DNA of 59,214 nucleotides, the filler included, from Ionaspis alba (lineage: Eukaryota): NCBI GenBank assembly GCA_964255285.1. It is 4 parts of 4 records of this genome, joined end to end, with 100 filler letters (N's around TTAATTAATTAA, not from the genome) between each part and the next. Parts side by side here need not be neighbours in the genome. Positions count along the whole stretch, not along the records: positions 1 to 14,778 come from CAXUUL010000401.1; 3 more parts are not named here. The stretch is one strand, 5' to 3'. Below, piece after piece: positions 1 to 11,872 of the stretch (positions are counted from its first letter, which is position 1; each line of letters begins with the position of its first letter). The notes beneath the pieces are model-generated. The model was not told the origin of the DNA. It saw nothing but the letters and a program-made list of their open reading frames with translations, and ran no database searches. A program made the translations under genes and the position numbers.

Positions 1-1134
1 GTCCTCGGAGCCAGCTTCGGAGGCATCAGCACCGCGCACTACCTCCTCAAGCACACAATCCCATCTCTCCAAAAAGTCCACCCATCAACAACCTACCACG
101 TCACCGTCGTGGCCCCCAACACGCACTTCTTCTGGAAAGTCGGCGCCCCTCGCACCCTCGCCTCGCCCAACCTCCTCCCCTTCAAGAAAGCCTTCCTCCC
201 AATCGCAGATGGCTTCAAGAACTACCCCTCAACAGCCTACAGCTTCGTCGAAGGCTCCGCCGTGGCTCTCGACCCCACCTCCAAGACCGTCACGGTCGAA
301 ACCGCCTCCAAGACCACCTCCACAATCCACTACTCAACTCTCATCATCGCAACCGGCACCACCGCCAACTCCGCCCTCTGGACCATGCACGGCTCGCACG
401 AAAGCACCATGAAAGCAATGGAAGCCATGCACCGCGCCCTCCCCACCGCGTCAGCCATCCTTCTCGCAGGCGGTGGCCCTGCCGGCACCGAAACCGCCGG
501 CGAAGTCGCCTCTCTCTATCCCAAAGCCAAAATAACCTTCTTGAGCGGAACCACACGTCTCCTCTCCCGTCTCTCACCCGGAACCTCCAAAGCCGCCGAA
601 TCCCGCCTCCAAGCCATGGGCGTCGAAATAATCCACAACCTGCAAGTGCACTCCTCGCACAAGCTTCCCTCGGGCCAAACCGAACTCGCTCTTAGCGACG
701 GCACGATTCGCACTGTGGACGTCTACATCGACTCCACAGGCGGCAAACCCAATACCTCTTTCCTGCCCTCCTCCTGGCTCGATGCCAACAACCGGGTTCT
801 CACTGACGCGAAAACAATCCGGCCCACGGCTCCCGGCACCGAAGGCATTTACGCGGTTGGCGACGTGGCGAGTTATTCGAATGGTGGCGTGATGGATGCC
901 AGGGTTGCGATTGCCCCTATGTGTTCGTCTATTGCAATCGATCTTGGGGCGAAGGATACCAAACAGAAGATTTTCAAATCGATTCAAGATACCCAGTTTG
1001 TGCCCACCGGCCCGAAGGGAGGCGTGGGGCAGATTATGGGGTATCGCGTTCCGAGCTTTTTGGTTTGGGCGGCGAAGAGTAGGGATTTTATGCTTTGGAT
1101 GGCGCCGGGGATAGTGAGTGGGAGTATGTATTAG
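1..1134 (+). CDS. AIF/AMID-like FAD-dependent pyridine nucleotide-disulfide oxidoreductase (5'-truncated)
   Basis: Frame 1 is open from base 1: VLGASFGGISTAHYLL (FAD Rossmann), LIIATGT, LLAGGGPAGTETAGE (NAD Rossmann), IYAVGDVA. Stop TAG at 1132-1134. The start lies upstream of the window. Confidence 0.85.
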   Translation, partial: VLGASFGGISTAHYLLKHTIPSLQKVHPSTTYHVTVVAPNTHFFWKVGAPRTLASPNLLPFKKAFLPIADGFKNYPSTAYSFVEGSAVALDPTSKTVTVETASKTTSTIHYSTLIIATGTTANSALWTMHGSHESTMKAMEAMHRALPTASAILLAGGGPAGTETAGEVASLYPKAKITFLSGTTRLLSRLSPGTSKAAESRLQAMGVEIIHNLQVHSSHKLPSGQTELALSDGTIRTVDVYIDSTGGKPNTSFLPSSWLDANNRVLTDAKTIRPTAPGTEGIYAVGDVASYSNGGVMDARVAIAPMCSSIAIDLGAKDTKQKIFKSIQDTQFVPTGPKGGVGQIMGYRVPSFLVWAAKSRDFMLWMAPGIVSGSMY

Positions 1135-1903
1135 AGGGGGTGGTAGAGAAGGGATGAGGTGAACGGGAGGGTGGTGTAGAGCTCTGGTTGTGTGGTTTGT
1201 GCTATATGCTTGGGTATCTTGGTGTTTTCGGCCGCATTTATCTTTGGGTGGGAGGGTGTTGTTGACGCTTATACCATCGTTTGTTTTGCATAAGCTCTTT
1301 TTTTTTTTGTTTATCCCGCCTTCGGAGCGATAGATAATACACGGAGCGTCGGTAGGAGTTTCTGCGCCGAAATGAGGGATTTGGTGCATTTGTGTGACGA
1401 ATTCTGTGACTGTGGTGGCTGAGTGATCCGTGCCGCAGCCATGGATGCGCCAGCATTCTGCTCCTCGCACTTGACGATTGCTGCTATGCCCAGACGAAGA
1501 CCACGCTACTTGTATGCTTCGGGCCACAGAGGATCCCGGTGTTTGTGAAGTCCGTGATAATGCTACTACATTAGCGAACGGGCCTGTGATTTGTCCCAGC
1601 TTGACAATATTCGGTTGGCCATCAAGACCCTTGCTGGAGCCTACGGCAAAGCTCGCCGTTCATGCGTTTCCAAGGCCGCGGATTCAGCCCTCAGATGTGT
1701 CTTGATTACAGGTTCCATGTTCAGATAAGCCTTTCCTGCAGATCTTGTGTTGGTAATACGCTTGTATGGAAAGAATCCTTGTGCCTTTGCACGAGGCGGA
1801 GGTATATCATTATCGGTTTCCGTTGCACTTCTGAATCTTGATCTTTGATGTATCTGTTAAGTCTCTGCGTGCCATATATGCAGTGTTCCAGGTTTTATCC
1901 AGA

Positions 1904-3290
1904 ATGTCCATGGATGATGAGATCAAGTACGAATTGGAACATATTGATGATAATTTACAACCCAATATCATTGCAGCATGCGTTGTATGCTTGTTTTCAG
2001 CCTATGTTGCGGTCCTTCTAAGGTTCGTGTCTCGGAGACTGATCAGGACGCCGTTGGGATGGGATGACTATCTGATAGTTGTTGCACTGGTAGGGAGAAT
2101 CCCTACTCTTGCTTCTTTGACCGTGCTGACCATGAGTCCTAATTACAGGTTTTCACATCTGCCTTTGTAGCAATGATGCTCGTTGGTGCGTGGCATCTGA
2201 CCCATTTTCACAATTCCACTTCCTGCCCAACGGCCAACTAATCAGGGCTTCTTGTCTCACAGCAATGCATTACGGACTGGGCCGGCATTCCATCCTCATT
2301 CCGAACCTGCGACTCTTTGTCCTGGTATGCTCTGCGCCTCCCTCCCACTCTGCAAAACGCTTATCTGCGCCACTCTCCATGCAGGGCATACTCATAGGCC
2401 AAGTCCTCTACCACGCCTCTATCGCCACAACCAAATTCTCTATCCTTTTCCTTTACCAGCGTATTTTCCCCAGCCGACGTTTCCGCTTCGTTCTCTGGGG
2501 TGTGGGTATCTTCGTCGCCTGCTATAGCGCCACAGCCGCCATCGCCACTTTGTTGTCTTGTCTGCCCATCGAGGCTAATTGGGACTTGACAGTCCCCGAT
2601 ACTTGCGTGGATGCCCATCTCGAAATTGTTATCCTAGGCTCCATAAATGTGTTGACGGATGTGGTGGTGCTGTGCTTGCCTATGCCATTGGTGTGGCGGC
2701 TGCAGACTTCGAGGATACGGAAACTGCAGGTGTCGGGGTTGTTTCTACTTGGCGGCTTGTACACAATCCCTTTTCATTCCGTTCCTAATTGTTCTTACAG
2801 TTTTATCGAGTGGACACTAACCTATCATGCTGAGTCTAGCGTTTGTATCGTCAGTGTCATCCGCACTATATACATCGGGGACTTCACGAGTAAAGATGCG
2901 AGCTGTACGGTTGCCCCCCTTCTTCTTGCCAAATTGCAATCTTGTACGGTTGCCATACTTACAACAATCGCAGACGCCGATTCCCATGCCATCAGCTGGT
3001 CTATCGTGGAAACTTGTATCGGCGTAGTCAGCGCCTGCTTGCCCACCATGCGCCCGCTTTACAATCGTGTTTTCCGCCATGACAAGACTGTAGATATGGG
3101 TGGCAGTGCCGAAGTTACTCAGGGGTACACATCATATCACAGAGCCAAGATGGCTCATTCTCCCGCGACGAAGTTGTCAACATTTGCGCCGACGTGGCCT
3201 CGTAATGGTGATTTGAGTAAAAGTCAAGGTAGTGAGGTCGGATCGTTCACGAGATTGGCCGATCGGCAAGATAATGGGAACAGGCCGTGA
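1904..3290 (+). CDS. PTH11-like (fungal rhodopsin-domain) multi-pass membrane protein without CFEM; spliced
   Basis: ATG at 1904. Family motifs: LRFVSRR..LGWDDYL, YGLGRH, KFSILFLYQRIF, C.PI.ANWD, N.LTD.VVL.LPMP.VW.LQ, WS.VE.CIGVVSACLPTMRPL. Several short GT-AG introns, e.g. 2090-2148. Confidence 0.85.
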
Positions 3291-3733
3291 GTCGCGTGCT
3301 CCTGGGGACCTGATAGTGGTGGAGTGGTCTTAGTATAAGTCCAGCTGTAGCCATTGGTATAATTAGCACGTCGATACATTTTGGAAAGCGGTATCACACT
3401 TCAAGCGAGCTTAGAGACGGACGTCCACCAAACAGAGTGTGAACTCAACCAGCTTTCTCTACAAAGTATTCGGTGGAATCCGCTTGCATGCATTTCATAA
3501 CATGCTCACAGAAATGAACGGGCAGTAACCATGAAAGTGACGCTCTAACCATGATCTTCGATAGGAACGCAGGCTGCTAGCATATGAAGCAAAAAAGGAC
3601 AATCCTAGGGCAACAGTTGCAAGAGGCTGAATCCAGAGCTAGAATGCGAAACACAAGGATAGACGAGCTTTTCGACAAAAAGAAAAAAAGAAAAAGTCTC
3701 CATATCTTCTCGACCTTATGGCGTATGGCGCTT

Positions 3734-5429
3734 CTAAGTCTTCTTCTCACTTCGTCCAAAGCACTTTCGAACAAAGGCCATGAACCTACGACGACGCGAT
3801 TGACGAGGAGATATAGCCGTTGTAACGGGGCGAGCCGGAAGATATGAGCGAATGGGAGGCATCGTAGGATTGACAACGTCGGGATGGTCCATGAGAGTCT
3901 GCTTGGGGCTGTTTGGTCGAGCGGGCCTTGCTGGAGGAGCACCTGCGGTCGAATTGGCGGTCGGGAAAGACGAAGCGGCCGTGGTCGTCTGGGCGGTGTA
4001 GTCCGCTTGGTCAATCGTTTCCTGCGGAGCGGTATTGCTGAAGTCGGCGGTTGTGGAAGACTGTTCATCCGCTTCTGTGGCCACGTGAACGGCCCCGACC
4101 GGCCCGGCAGGTGTTAGTTGCGAAGTAGTATTGGTAGATCTGGCGGTCGTGAAAGACTGATCGTCCTCCACCGTAACCGTCCGAGCGGTGCTGACTGATG
4201 GGGTAGCCGTTAGCTGTGGGACGGTATCAGGGGAATTGGCGGTCGCTGACGCCGGTCTATGTTCCACTGTGGCCGCCTGAGCGACGATAATCGGCTGGAT
4301 CATCGCTGGCGGAACAGGCATCGTAAGATTGGCGGTCGTGGATGGCTGGTGAGGCGTGACGGAAGTCGTGGCCCCTGACGGCGAAATGCCACGGCGGGCT
4401 CGTGATACGTGACCCCAGCGTTCCGCGATTTCCCAAGAGTCCCAGTCTCGATTCAATGCGCGGGTAGAATCCACTTCGTTCTCGTCCTGGACGGCCTCGT
4501 TGCTTGTATGTCTCGCCTCACGCCGGCTAGAAACCCGAGATGGCACCGCCACTGGTATTACAGTGGCGTCGCGGGGAAGGATTGGGGTTCTGACAGCTGG
4601 GAGTACAGTGGTGACGACTGAAACTGCTCGGCGAGGAGCTGATTGCCATGTGGCTTGAGTACGGAGATCCAGAGACATTGAACGTGTGGGATGATGGTTA
4701 CCAAGATATCTTGGAAGTTTAGGCTGTGAGCCAGTATGTCAGCATTCATCATTGTATTGTAGGGATGAATGATAATACCGCTTTGAGTGAAGGTGATGGT
4801 GGCACCTGTGATGGAGGTGACTCCTCGGCGGCAAAGTCCCTTATTCTGACTTCCTGGATTCTTTGTCAACGCGTATTATATTTGTAGTGTGATTGACGTA
4901 CACCCGGTGCAAGTAACGAGTCCCGCCAACAATCTGTAGCAGATGGAGACCGCTCGCCTGGCGTGGGACGCGTTCGATGTGAAGAAGATAGGCGTAGTGG
5001 CAGGGGGCTTTGATATAGACTAATGAGGGAGGCTGATATTCGTGGTCTCGGGGACTTCGGCGAGGGTTTTGAAGATGACTGGGAGTGTAAAGCCAAGGGA
5101 GATGTACCTTTCTGAGGAATAGTTGCAAAGGCTTTGGGAGGTTGAGATGTTGGCACTTTATACAAGTCAATTGAGGAATCATGTGTGCGCAAACCAACGT
5201 GGAAAAGTCCCTCTGTGGAGGAATCATCGCTGCGAGCAGATCCGGCAGATTGGGATGCATTATTCAATTCTTTCCGAGGCTGCCACGAATCCACCGACAA
5301 CAGCCTGCGATCTGTTCGAATATCCTGCCACTTCCGGTTTGTCCGTACCGCGAGTGTTGTAGAATCAGATGTCGATGACAGTGGTTTGGATGATAGAGGA
5401 GAGTTCTCGGTTTGCTGTGATCCGTCCAT
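3734..5429 (-). CDS. Hypothetical Ser/Thr/Pro-rich disordered protein, probably ORFs 4866-5429 and 3734-4678 joined by splicing
   Basis: Two long ORFs on the same strand with intron-like segments between them (gtacgt..ttgac..ag near 4902-4861; gtatta..gctgac..cag near 4778-4724). No recognisable domain, and the exact splice phases were not resolved. Confidence 0.45.
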
Positions 5430-6954
5430 GGCGCCTAAATCGCCTTATAATCGATCAATCTAGGACGTAGTCTTAGCAAGCAGGCAAAGCAGGACTATTC
5501 ATTTACTGTGCCCAATGAGTTGCGAAGATCTCTTGATCTGGGTCGGAAAGATGACCAGCCCAAAGACTGATAATGAGTCGTCTGATCACGATCGCATGAT
5601 AAGACGAGCTAAATGTTTTTGCTAGAAGGCTTCTTCAATAGTGCTGATCGTGGACGCTGCTCCGTGCCAATATTTGGCAGAGTATTGTATTTGATGAGGG
5701 AATCAACAATGCCGATGTGATCGTTGCATCAGGTGTATACAAACGGAACTATACAGATTGTTCTTGACACTCAATGTGTATAGAGAGAGGGAAATAGAGC
5801 TCTCAACGGATCAAATCGATACTGTGTACGGAATCATGAGAAGCAATGAAAGGAAGATCGTTGCTATTAGTCCAAGTGCGAATCTTATACGCAACAATCT
5901 CTTTGCTCTAGGGAAGGAGCTATCAACAGTGGAAATGGTACGTATTGACACTGCACTTGCAGATTCGCTGCGTTGCAGAAGGATGGTCTCCAGAATGGGG
6001 GACATCGTCTAAACTTCGTGGTCTGCAAACATTGGGCAAACCTTAAGATCTGGAAGTACGTCAAGTAGGTGAGAGCCACCTAGCTTTGCTCTCTGATCGC
6101 ACATAGACAGCCGAATCTCATCGTCAGTCATTTCCAGTAGACTAGAAATCATGAGTGAGGTAACAACATGTCAGGCAAATCAGCGTGAACCGTGTTTGCG
6201 GGTTGATACTCTCTGGAGTAGGAACATCAAGAGAAGCTAGTGGGCTTTCATTGTGGACACCACAGCTTAGCATTCGATTCTCACTATGTTGGATCTGGTT
6301 CTTTGGTCGCCTAAATACAGCAAAATATCCTCGCCATTATTTGGTATATCAAGACGAAAAATTCGTTGACAGGCAAAGTGCTGGTCTATTGGAGGCCACG
6401 TCGTGAAGGTTACCGAGCGGATTATTAGCTGAACGGACATCGGACAATCGGGAGCAAAACGCCGACATGCTTCGCCACAAGTCGCACGATGGAATTGTTG
6501 CTGACAGCCAAGTTGGGTTTGAAGGAGTGCCGCATCCTTTCGACTGCGAAGCATAGCTTAAGTCAAACCTCAGAAGGTACTGCATTAGGTTCGCAAGGAC
6601 GTCTGTGAGCTGACAGTACGAGTACCTCGGCCTCATGGTGTTCAGGGGAAGTGGGAAAATGATAGAAATATATCAAATATATCGCACTCGGTCGAAGGTT
6701 GCATGTCCTACTCATCATGATGTGGTTTGACGATATCGAGCTGAAGAAGCAATACGCCTCTACATAGCCTGCGGCGAGGCTGTCGACTTTCTTCTCCTTC
6801 TCCAGAACAGTCAATATAAGATTGGCTTGGCAATTGTTGGTCGTGTTGTTTTACATGCTACGGCTTGAGCCTTGTCTTCCTCCTACCATTTTTACTTTCT
6901 TCTTGTTGCAGATAATTTGACAATCCTGAAGGATCAGTAGCTATTCGTCTGCCC

Positions 6955-6961
6955 TATATAA
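6955..6961 (+). promoter_or_regulatory. TATA box upstream of the secreted protein gene
   Basis: TATATAA about 140 nt upstream of ATG 7095, followed by an A/C-rich leader (caaacATG). Confidence 0.5.
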
Positions 6962-7094
6962 TGTGCTTACTCGTCTCATATCAAGATTATTTCTGTATCT
7001 GCACAAGATCTATAGAGCCATATTCGGCAAAACCCTCAAAAGCACTGCTTTATCGCAAACAATCTATCCCTTCTGACAAACCACTTACTCAAAC

Positions 7095-7763
7095 ATGCTT
7101 CTACTCAAGGGCATCTTATTCCTAGCCCTCACCGTCGGCACTTCTTTGGCTTCCCAAAGCCCCAGAGATCACTATGCGCGGATGGCAGCCATCGCCCACT
7201 CCGAAGACCTCTTTGTACGCGATCCACATAGCCAGCTACTCCGTATGCGGGATCTAGCAGGAGCCGAAGGTGCCTTCAACATTGGAGCTCGCGGCATCCA
7301 CGGCTATCCCCACTTCCAACCCATTCGCCGCTTCAACTCCTACCCACAACCCGGTCTCCGCATGCGCTCTCCTAAAGGTGCTGGCGGTGGTGGCGGCAAA
7401 GGAGGGTCCAATAACGGAAAAGCTAAAAACAAAGGCGACGGTCCTAAAGGCAATTGCAGGCAAGCATGCAAGTTCTGCAAGGGCAAGAAGGGCGATGATG
7501 GGAAGCCATGCGCATATCACGACGTAGAGGCACCTCCTGGGGTGGATAAGAAAAAATTCGACAAGTGCAAGGCTCAGCTGGCGCAGAATGCGGGGGTGAA
7601 TCCGGGCGGGATGGGCGCTGTCAGTGCTGGTAGTGGGATGGGCGGGGCGCTGGCGACGGTGGCAGTGGAATCGATAAATGACAAGCTGACGAAGGGAACG
7701 TGTGCCGGCGTGATAGACCAAGTGAGGGCAGGCATTAGTTCTGGTGGAGGGCAGTGTTGTTGA
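7095..7763 (+). CDS. Small secreted Cys-rich protein with a putative Kex2-processed pro-region
   Basis: Intronless, 222 aa. Hydrophobic signal peptide MLLLKGILFLALTVGTSLA. Repeated LxxR-like sites (LFVR, LRMR, IGAR, PIRR, LRMR). Lys/Gly-rich C-terminal part with 8 Cys ending in CC. Confidence 0.8.
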   Translation: MLLLKGILFLALTVGTSLASQSPRDHYARMAAIAHSEDLFVRDPHSQLLRMRDLAGAEGAFNIGARGIHGYPHFQPIRRFNSYPQPGLRMRSPKGAGGGGGKGGSNNGKAKNKGDGPKGNCRQACKFCKGKKGDDGKPCAYHDVEAPPGVDKKKFDKCKAQLAQNAGVNPGGMGAVSAGSGMGGALATVAVESINDKLTKGTCAGVIDQVRAGISSGGGQCC

Positions 7764-8247
7764 AGTCTCGCTATGTGCCTCTTCTTTTCGAGTTACGAGA
7801 GAAGCAGATCATTTCCAGCTCCTAAAGATAGCTCTTAGAAGGATGAGTGTATTTGGAATCCATTGTACACAAAGCAAGTGATGATGCTTGAATTGAAAAG
7901 AAGAGAGCTTGAGGTACGAACCACGGCGGAAGCACGTAGTGTCAAGCGATGAATCGAGGTTCTCCCCACTTGAAGTTCATTGGTATTGATACGCTTAGGG
8001 CTGACATTTCATGAGCTTGAACCAATTAAATCCATCTTGTCACGGCCAGTCTTATGATTGCAACTTTCAGCACGACATGATTAAAAGGCACCACGCTACA
8101 CGAATTAGTTCCTCACGACAATGGCCGACTTCTCGATGAGATTGTACGGGCCATGGTTCTGTATCTGAACAGTTGTGTTTGAGACGATTGCCATCGGTAG
8201 CATCAAAAACACTTTCTCAATTGAGGGACTCTACGGAGCATCCCGCC

Positions 8248-9343
8248 ATGGCTACCGAAGTAACACCATCAGCGATGGAGATTGACGATGAAGCCTACGT
8301 GTCATCCGAAGACGAAGACTTTGATCCCTCTGCTGTGAATGCAGATGAGAATCTGTCCAGTGATTCTGAAGATCATGGCGATACCGAAGCTTCGACCAAG
8401 AATAAGTCGAACGCATCTACAAAAAACCAAAAGCGGCACGGAAACGAGGAAGCAGAAGAAGTCGGTTTCGAAAATTCCGGAGACGAAGCTACCATCAAGA
8501 GGGCGAAGGACAAGGCAGCGAAGCGTAAGAAGAAAAGCGACGCTGCTGCTGGTGAATCCAGCGAAGGAGAGGGTGGCTTCATAATGACACGGAGTATGCG
8601 AGCGGTGCAGTGAGTGAGTTCTATTACTTTTCTTGACCATGTGGGGCTTGTTGTCGAGCAGGAGACTAATCACTCTTATCTACAGGGCAAAAGAAAAGGA
8701 GAAGAAACCATTGGCCAGCGCCGACGGAGCAACTATCGATGTTGAAGCTCTATGGAAAAGCATGAACACATCAGGAGCCGCACCCATACGTCGTCAGCCG
8801 CTCGAGGCCAAGCAGGATAGCGCAGCCACGGACGGCCCGACAGACGGGAAGACGACCGTAGAGGAGCAAAGAGCCGAAGTGCAAACAACCAAGCCATCAA
8901 TGCAAGGCGATCCAAGCGAGATGATCACCGTTCAAATCGCCACCATGATCTCGGGAAGACTCCTCCACAAACCCGAAATAGTGCAACGATCATCCGAGAA
9001 AGCCCAGCGCTACCTGAGAACACAACAACTTCCCTCCCGTCCCCTCAAACGAGTTTCAAAATGGGATCCCAATCCCGATGGAGTCATTCCACCTCCATCA
9101 TCGACCATAGGCGTAAAAGGAAGGAAAGGTGACAAGTCAAAGTCCGACGGCCCTAAGATGAAGAAACTGAATCTGGTGGACAAGTCGCATCTGGACTGGG
9201 TGGCGCATGTGGCCGAAATGGGAGACAAGGAGGAGCTAGAGCAGGCTGCGAAGGCGAAGGGCGGATACCTAGAAAGGGCAGACTTCTTGGGCAGGGTAGA
9301 AATGAATCGGGAGGAGGAGCTCAGGAATGCTAGGAAGAAGTGA
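8248..9343 (+). CDS. SWC5: SWR1 complex subunit Swc5 (BCNT/CFDP1 family); one intron ~8612-8685
   Basis: Acidic N-terminus YVSSEDEDFDP, GGFIMTRSMR, and C-terminal BCNT motif KLNLVDKSHLDW...EELE.AAK.KGGYLER.DFL.RVE. Confidence 0.88.
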
Positions 9344-9737
9344 AAGGTATTAAGTCTGTGTAACACTTCAGGGTCGGAGATGAATAGTCCGCAGTTCTCA
9401 GGACGGTCATGCGGTTTGTATACTCTACCTCTCGAAAACGCAGAGATCGCTAATATACTCAAGGATTGCCGTGGCCAATATGTCCTTCTCCGGCAATGGG
9501 AATGTTTCCGTTCACCCCAGAAGCTGTAATTCGAGTTAATGCCGCAAATATGGTAGAAGATGAGGTTGCATTGATCCAGCTTTCGAGTCAGTATATGTGC
9601 ATGAGAACCAAGCCAGAATCAAATGGCATAGTGGAGATCATTACGTGCTGATAGTCTGATCTCCATTCCATTTCATCTGTACAGTCAATGACAGCTCGTG
9701 AGGGTTCAATTTGAGAAGGCTAAAACCGCGAACCCTT

Positions 9738-11579
9738 TCAAGGTCCGAGCTGTAAAGCCTTAAGACCTTCTTCCAGATGCTCCAATTCCTTCACCACATC
9801 TCGATAGAACCCGGCCTGGAGCTCCGGCTCGTTGAGATCATCTCCACAACCAAAATCGCAATGCAAGCATTTCTTGACAATCTTACCATAAGCTGGGCCC
9901 ATTTCTCTACCAATCGAACTGGCAAGTCGTCGCGCTACGAAGAATTCCGTATACTTGTTTTCTCCTTCAGCAGTATCCTTTGGTACCTGTAGACTTTCTA
10001 GTGTCGCTGTGTAGCCTATCTCGAGCAGGACAACGCCGAGACCAAAGAGAAGTGGATTGGGTGCGAAGTTTCGTGGTGGAAACGATGCTATGCGGGCAAG
10101 GGAGGACTCAGGGCTTTTGACGCGAACATTTAGGTGAGGTGCTGATAAATTGGGTGGCTGTTCAATCAATGAATGTTCGTCTATGCCGAAGAAGTAGATA
10201 TCTTCGCTGCGCCAAGATCCTTGCAGCCAAGGTGTGGTATGGTACTGGAGAACTGCTGTGGCCAGAGCGCGGCCAAGCTGAACACGCTGGTATGGAGAGA
10301 TTCGGGCCATTGGGCCTTGTTTTGACAGACACGAGATAATTCTCTCCAACGAGGTGGCGGGACGGTCCACATGATGTTCTATTGGAGCTGGGTAGTAGAT
10401 CAGGTGCTTATAGCAATCTGTATCATCCAAGGTCCCAAGACATCTGTTTCCCTGGCTGCACTGAGAAATACGATTTCGTAGCTGATCACAAAAATTCCTC
10501 CTTGTGCACAAATTACGGAGAGGCTCAGTGGGTTGGGTGATCTGCATTGAGCATGGCGAGGGAGTTGACTCGGCTTGAAATCTGACGCATTTCTTTGCTT
10601 TCTTGGGAGTGACTTCCTGAATAGCTTCGCCAGACCTCTTGAGCGTTTGCACCAGGTTGAAGTTGTCTTTTCCAAGTTGAATATTCTCCCCAGCATTTCC
10701 CATGATTGACTCAATCACGAACCAGAGAGGATCTCCAGCAGAAGCTGAACCTTGGAGTGTCAAATGGGTGAAGGCCAATTTGAATTGGACCTGTGGTGTG
10801 TCTCCATTCTCGACAGCCACTGCCTCTAGACAAAAGTGTGTGAGATGTTCTGAGTGCTTGGTGCAGGCTCCTGACAAAGCTTGGTAGACCTTCTGACTAG
10901 CTTTCTGTATCAATCTGAACTTTTCCACATCACGACTGATCTTCTTAGATGGCTTCTGGACCTGTCGTAGTCTTTGGTCTTCAAGTTTCGAAGTTTGAGC
11001 AGCCAGAGTACGCAACTCATCGTTAAGCGACTTCAGCTCAGCCAAGGCACCATCAAGGCGTGACTTGGAGATGCTGAACTTGAGCTTTGAGCCTACGCGT
11101 TTTCTCCATACTTTATCGCCGACGGTTCCTTGCTATGGCCATTAACCGTTCGAATCTGGGGGCGTGCTCCAGGATACGAATCCTACCTGTCCACTTTGCT
11201 GAACAGCACTCTCGAACTCATCGCCATCCTTTTCCACGCCTTTCAAGCACTCTTTTATCTGCTTGATTATCGATATGCAGACTTCCCCAGAATCACCAAG
11301 ATGTTCCACAAGCTGCTTCTCAACTTTGTTATCCTCCCATTGGGGATGAGCCTTGTCGTCAAGCATACGATTAGCGACGTCATGTTCGATCACAGACTCC
11401 AGAAGGATTCGACATTCGTTGCGGAAAAAAAGACGTTGGATATCCAATTTGTGCTTGAATTGATCGACCTTAGAGGTGAACCGATAATATCGTATGAAAG
11501 GACGGAGGCAGTCGTCATAACGTTTCGCCGTTGAAGCCAGCAATGGCAGAATAGCGAGAATTATGCCAACGGCCTCCAT
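9738..11579 (-). CDS. Fungal protein with a helical HeLo/SesA-like N-terminus and a C-terminal DUF7580-like domain (resembles a degenerate kinase C-lobe); one intron ~11186-11133
   Basis: N-terminus MEAVGIILAILPLL...FRNECRILL...W. C-terminus R.QLG..LATAVLQYHTTPWL..SW.SEDIYFF, N.LLFGLGVVLLEIG, MG..Y..IV.KCL.CDFG..DL....LQ..FY..VV.ELE. Family recognised by motif recall only. Confidence 0.7.
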
Positions 11580-11872
11580 GATCGTATAAGATCATGATAG
11601 AAGTTGCCCTAAAAGTTCTGAAGAGGAACAAGTTTTGACCTTGAAAGCCTGGCCACAAAATGTCGCAAGGCTGTGCCATGAGGCTGATTCTGCACGACTG
11701 GGATATTCATTAGACGGGGCGACAGTGAACATGTCGTATATCGTTGCGACGACCCCACTTATCGATCTCAGTCATAGAATCGCTTCTTTAAAACAGTTCA
11801 GTGCCGCTTGCTGTCGCTACAACGACGACAGTAAAATATTTAGATCTGCTGTGGTGACCAAGCGAAACGAGA

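Noticed and set aside
574..1527. 317-aa minus-strand ORF
   Set aside because: Largely antisense to the AIF-like gene; compositional bias explains the lack of stops.
5460..7000. Short ORFs between the hypothetical gene and the secreted protein gene
   Set aside because: All under 100 aa, with no motifs and no convincing splice model.
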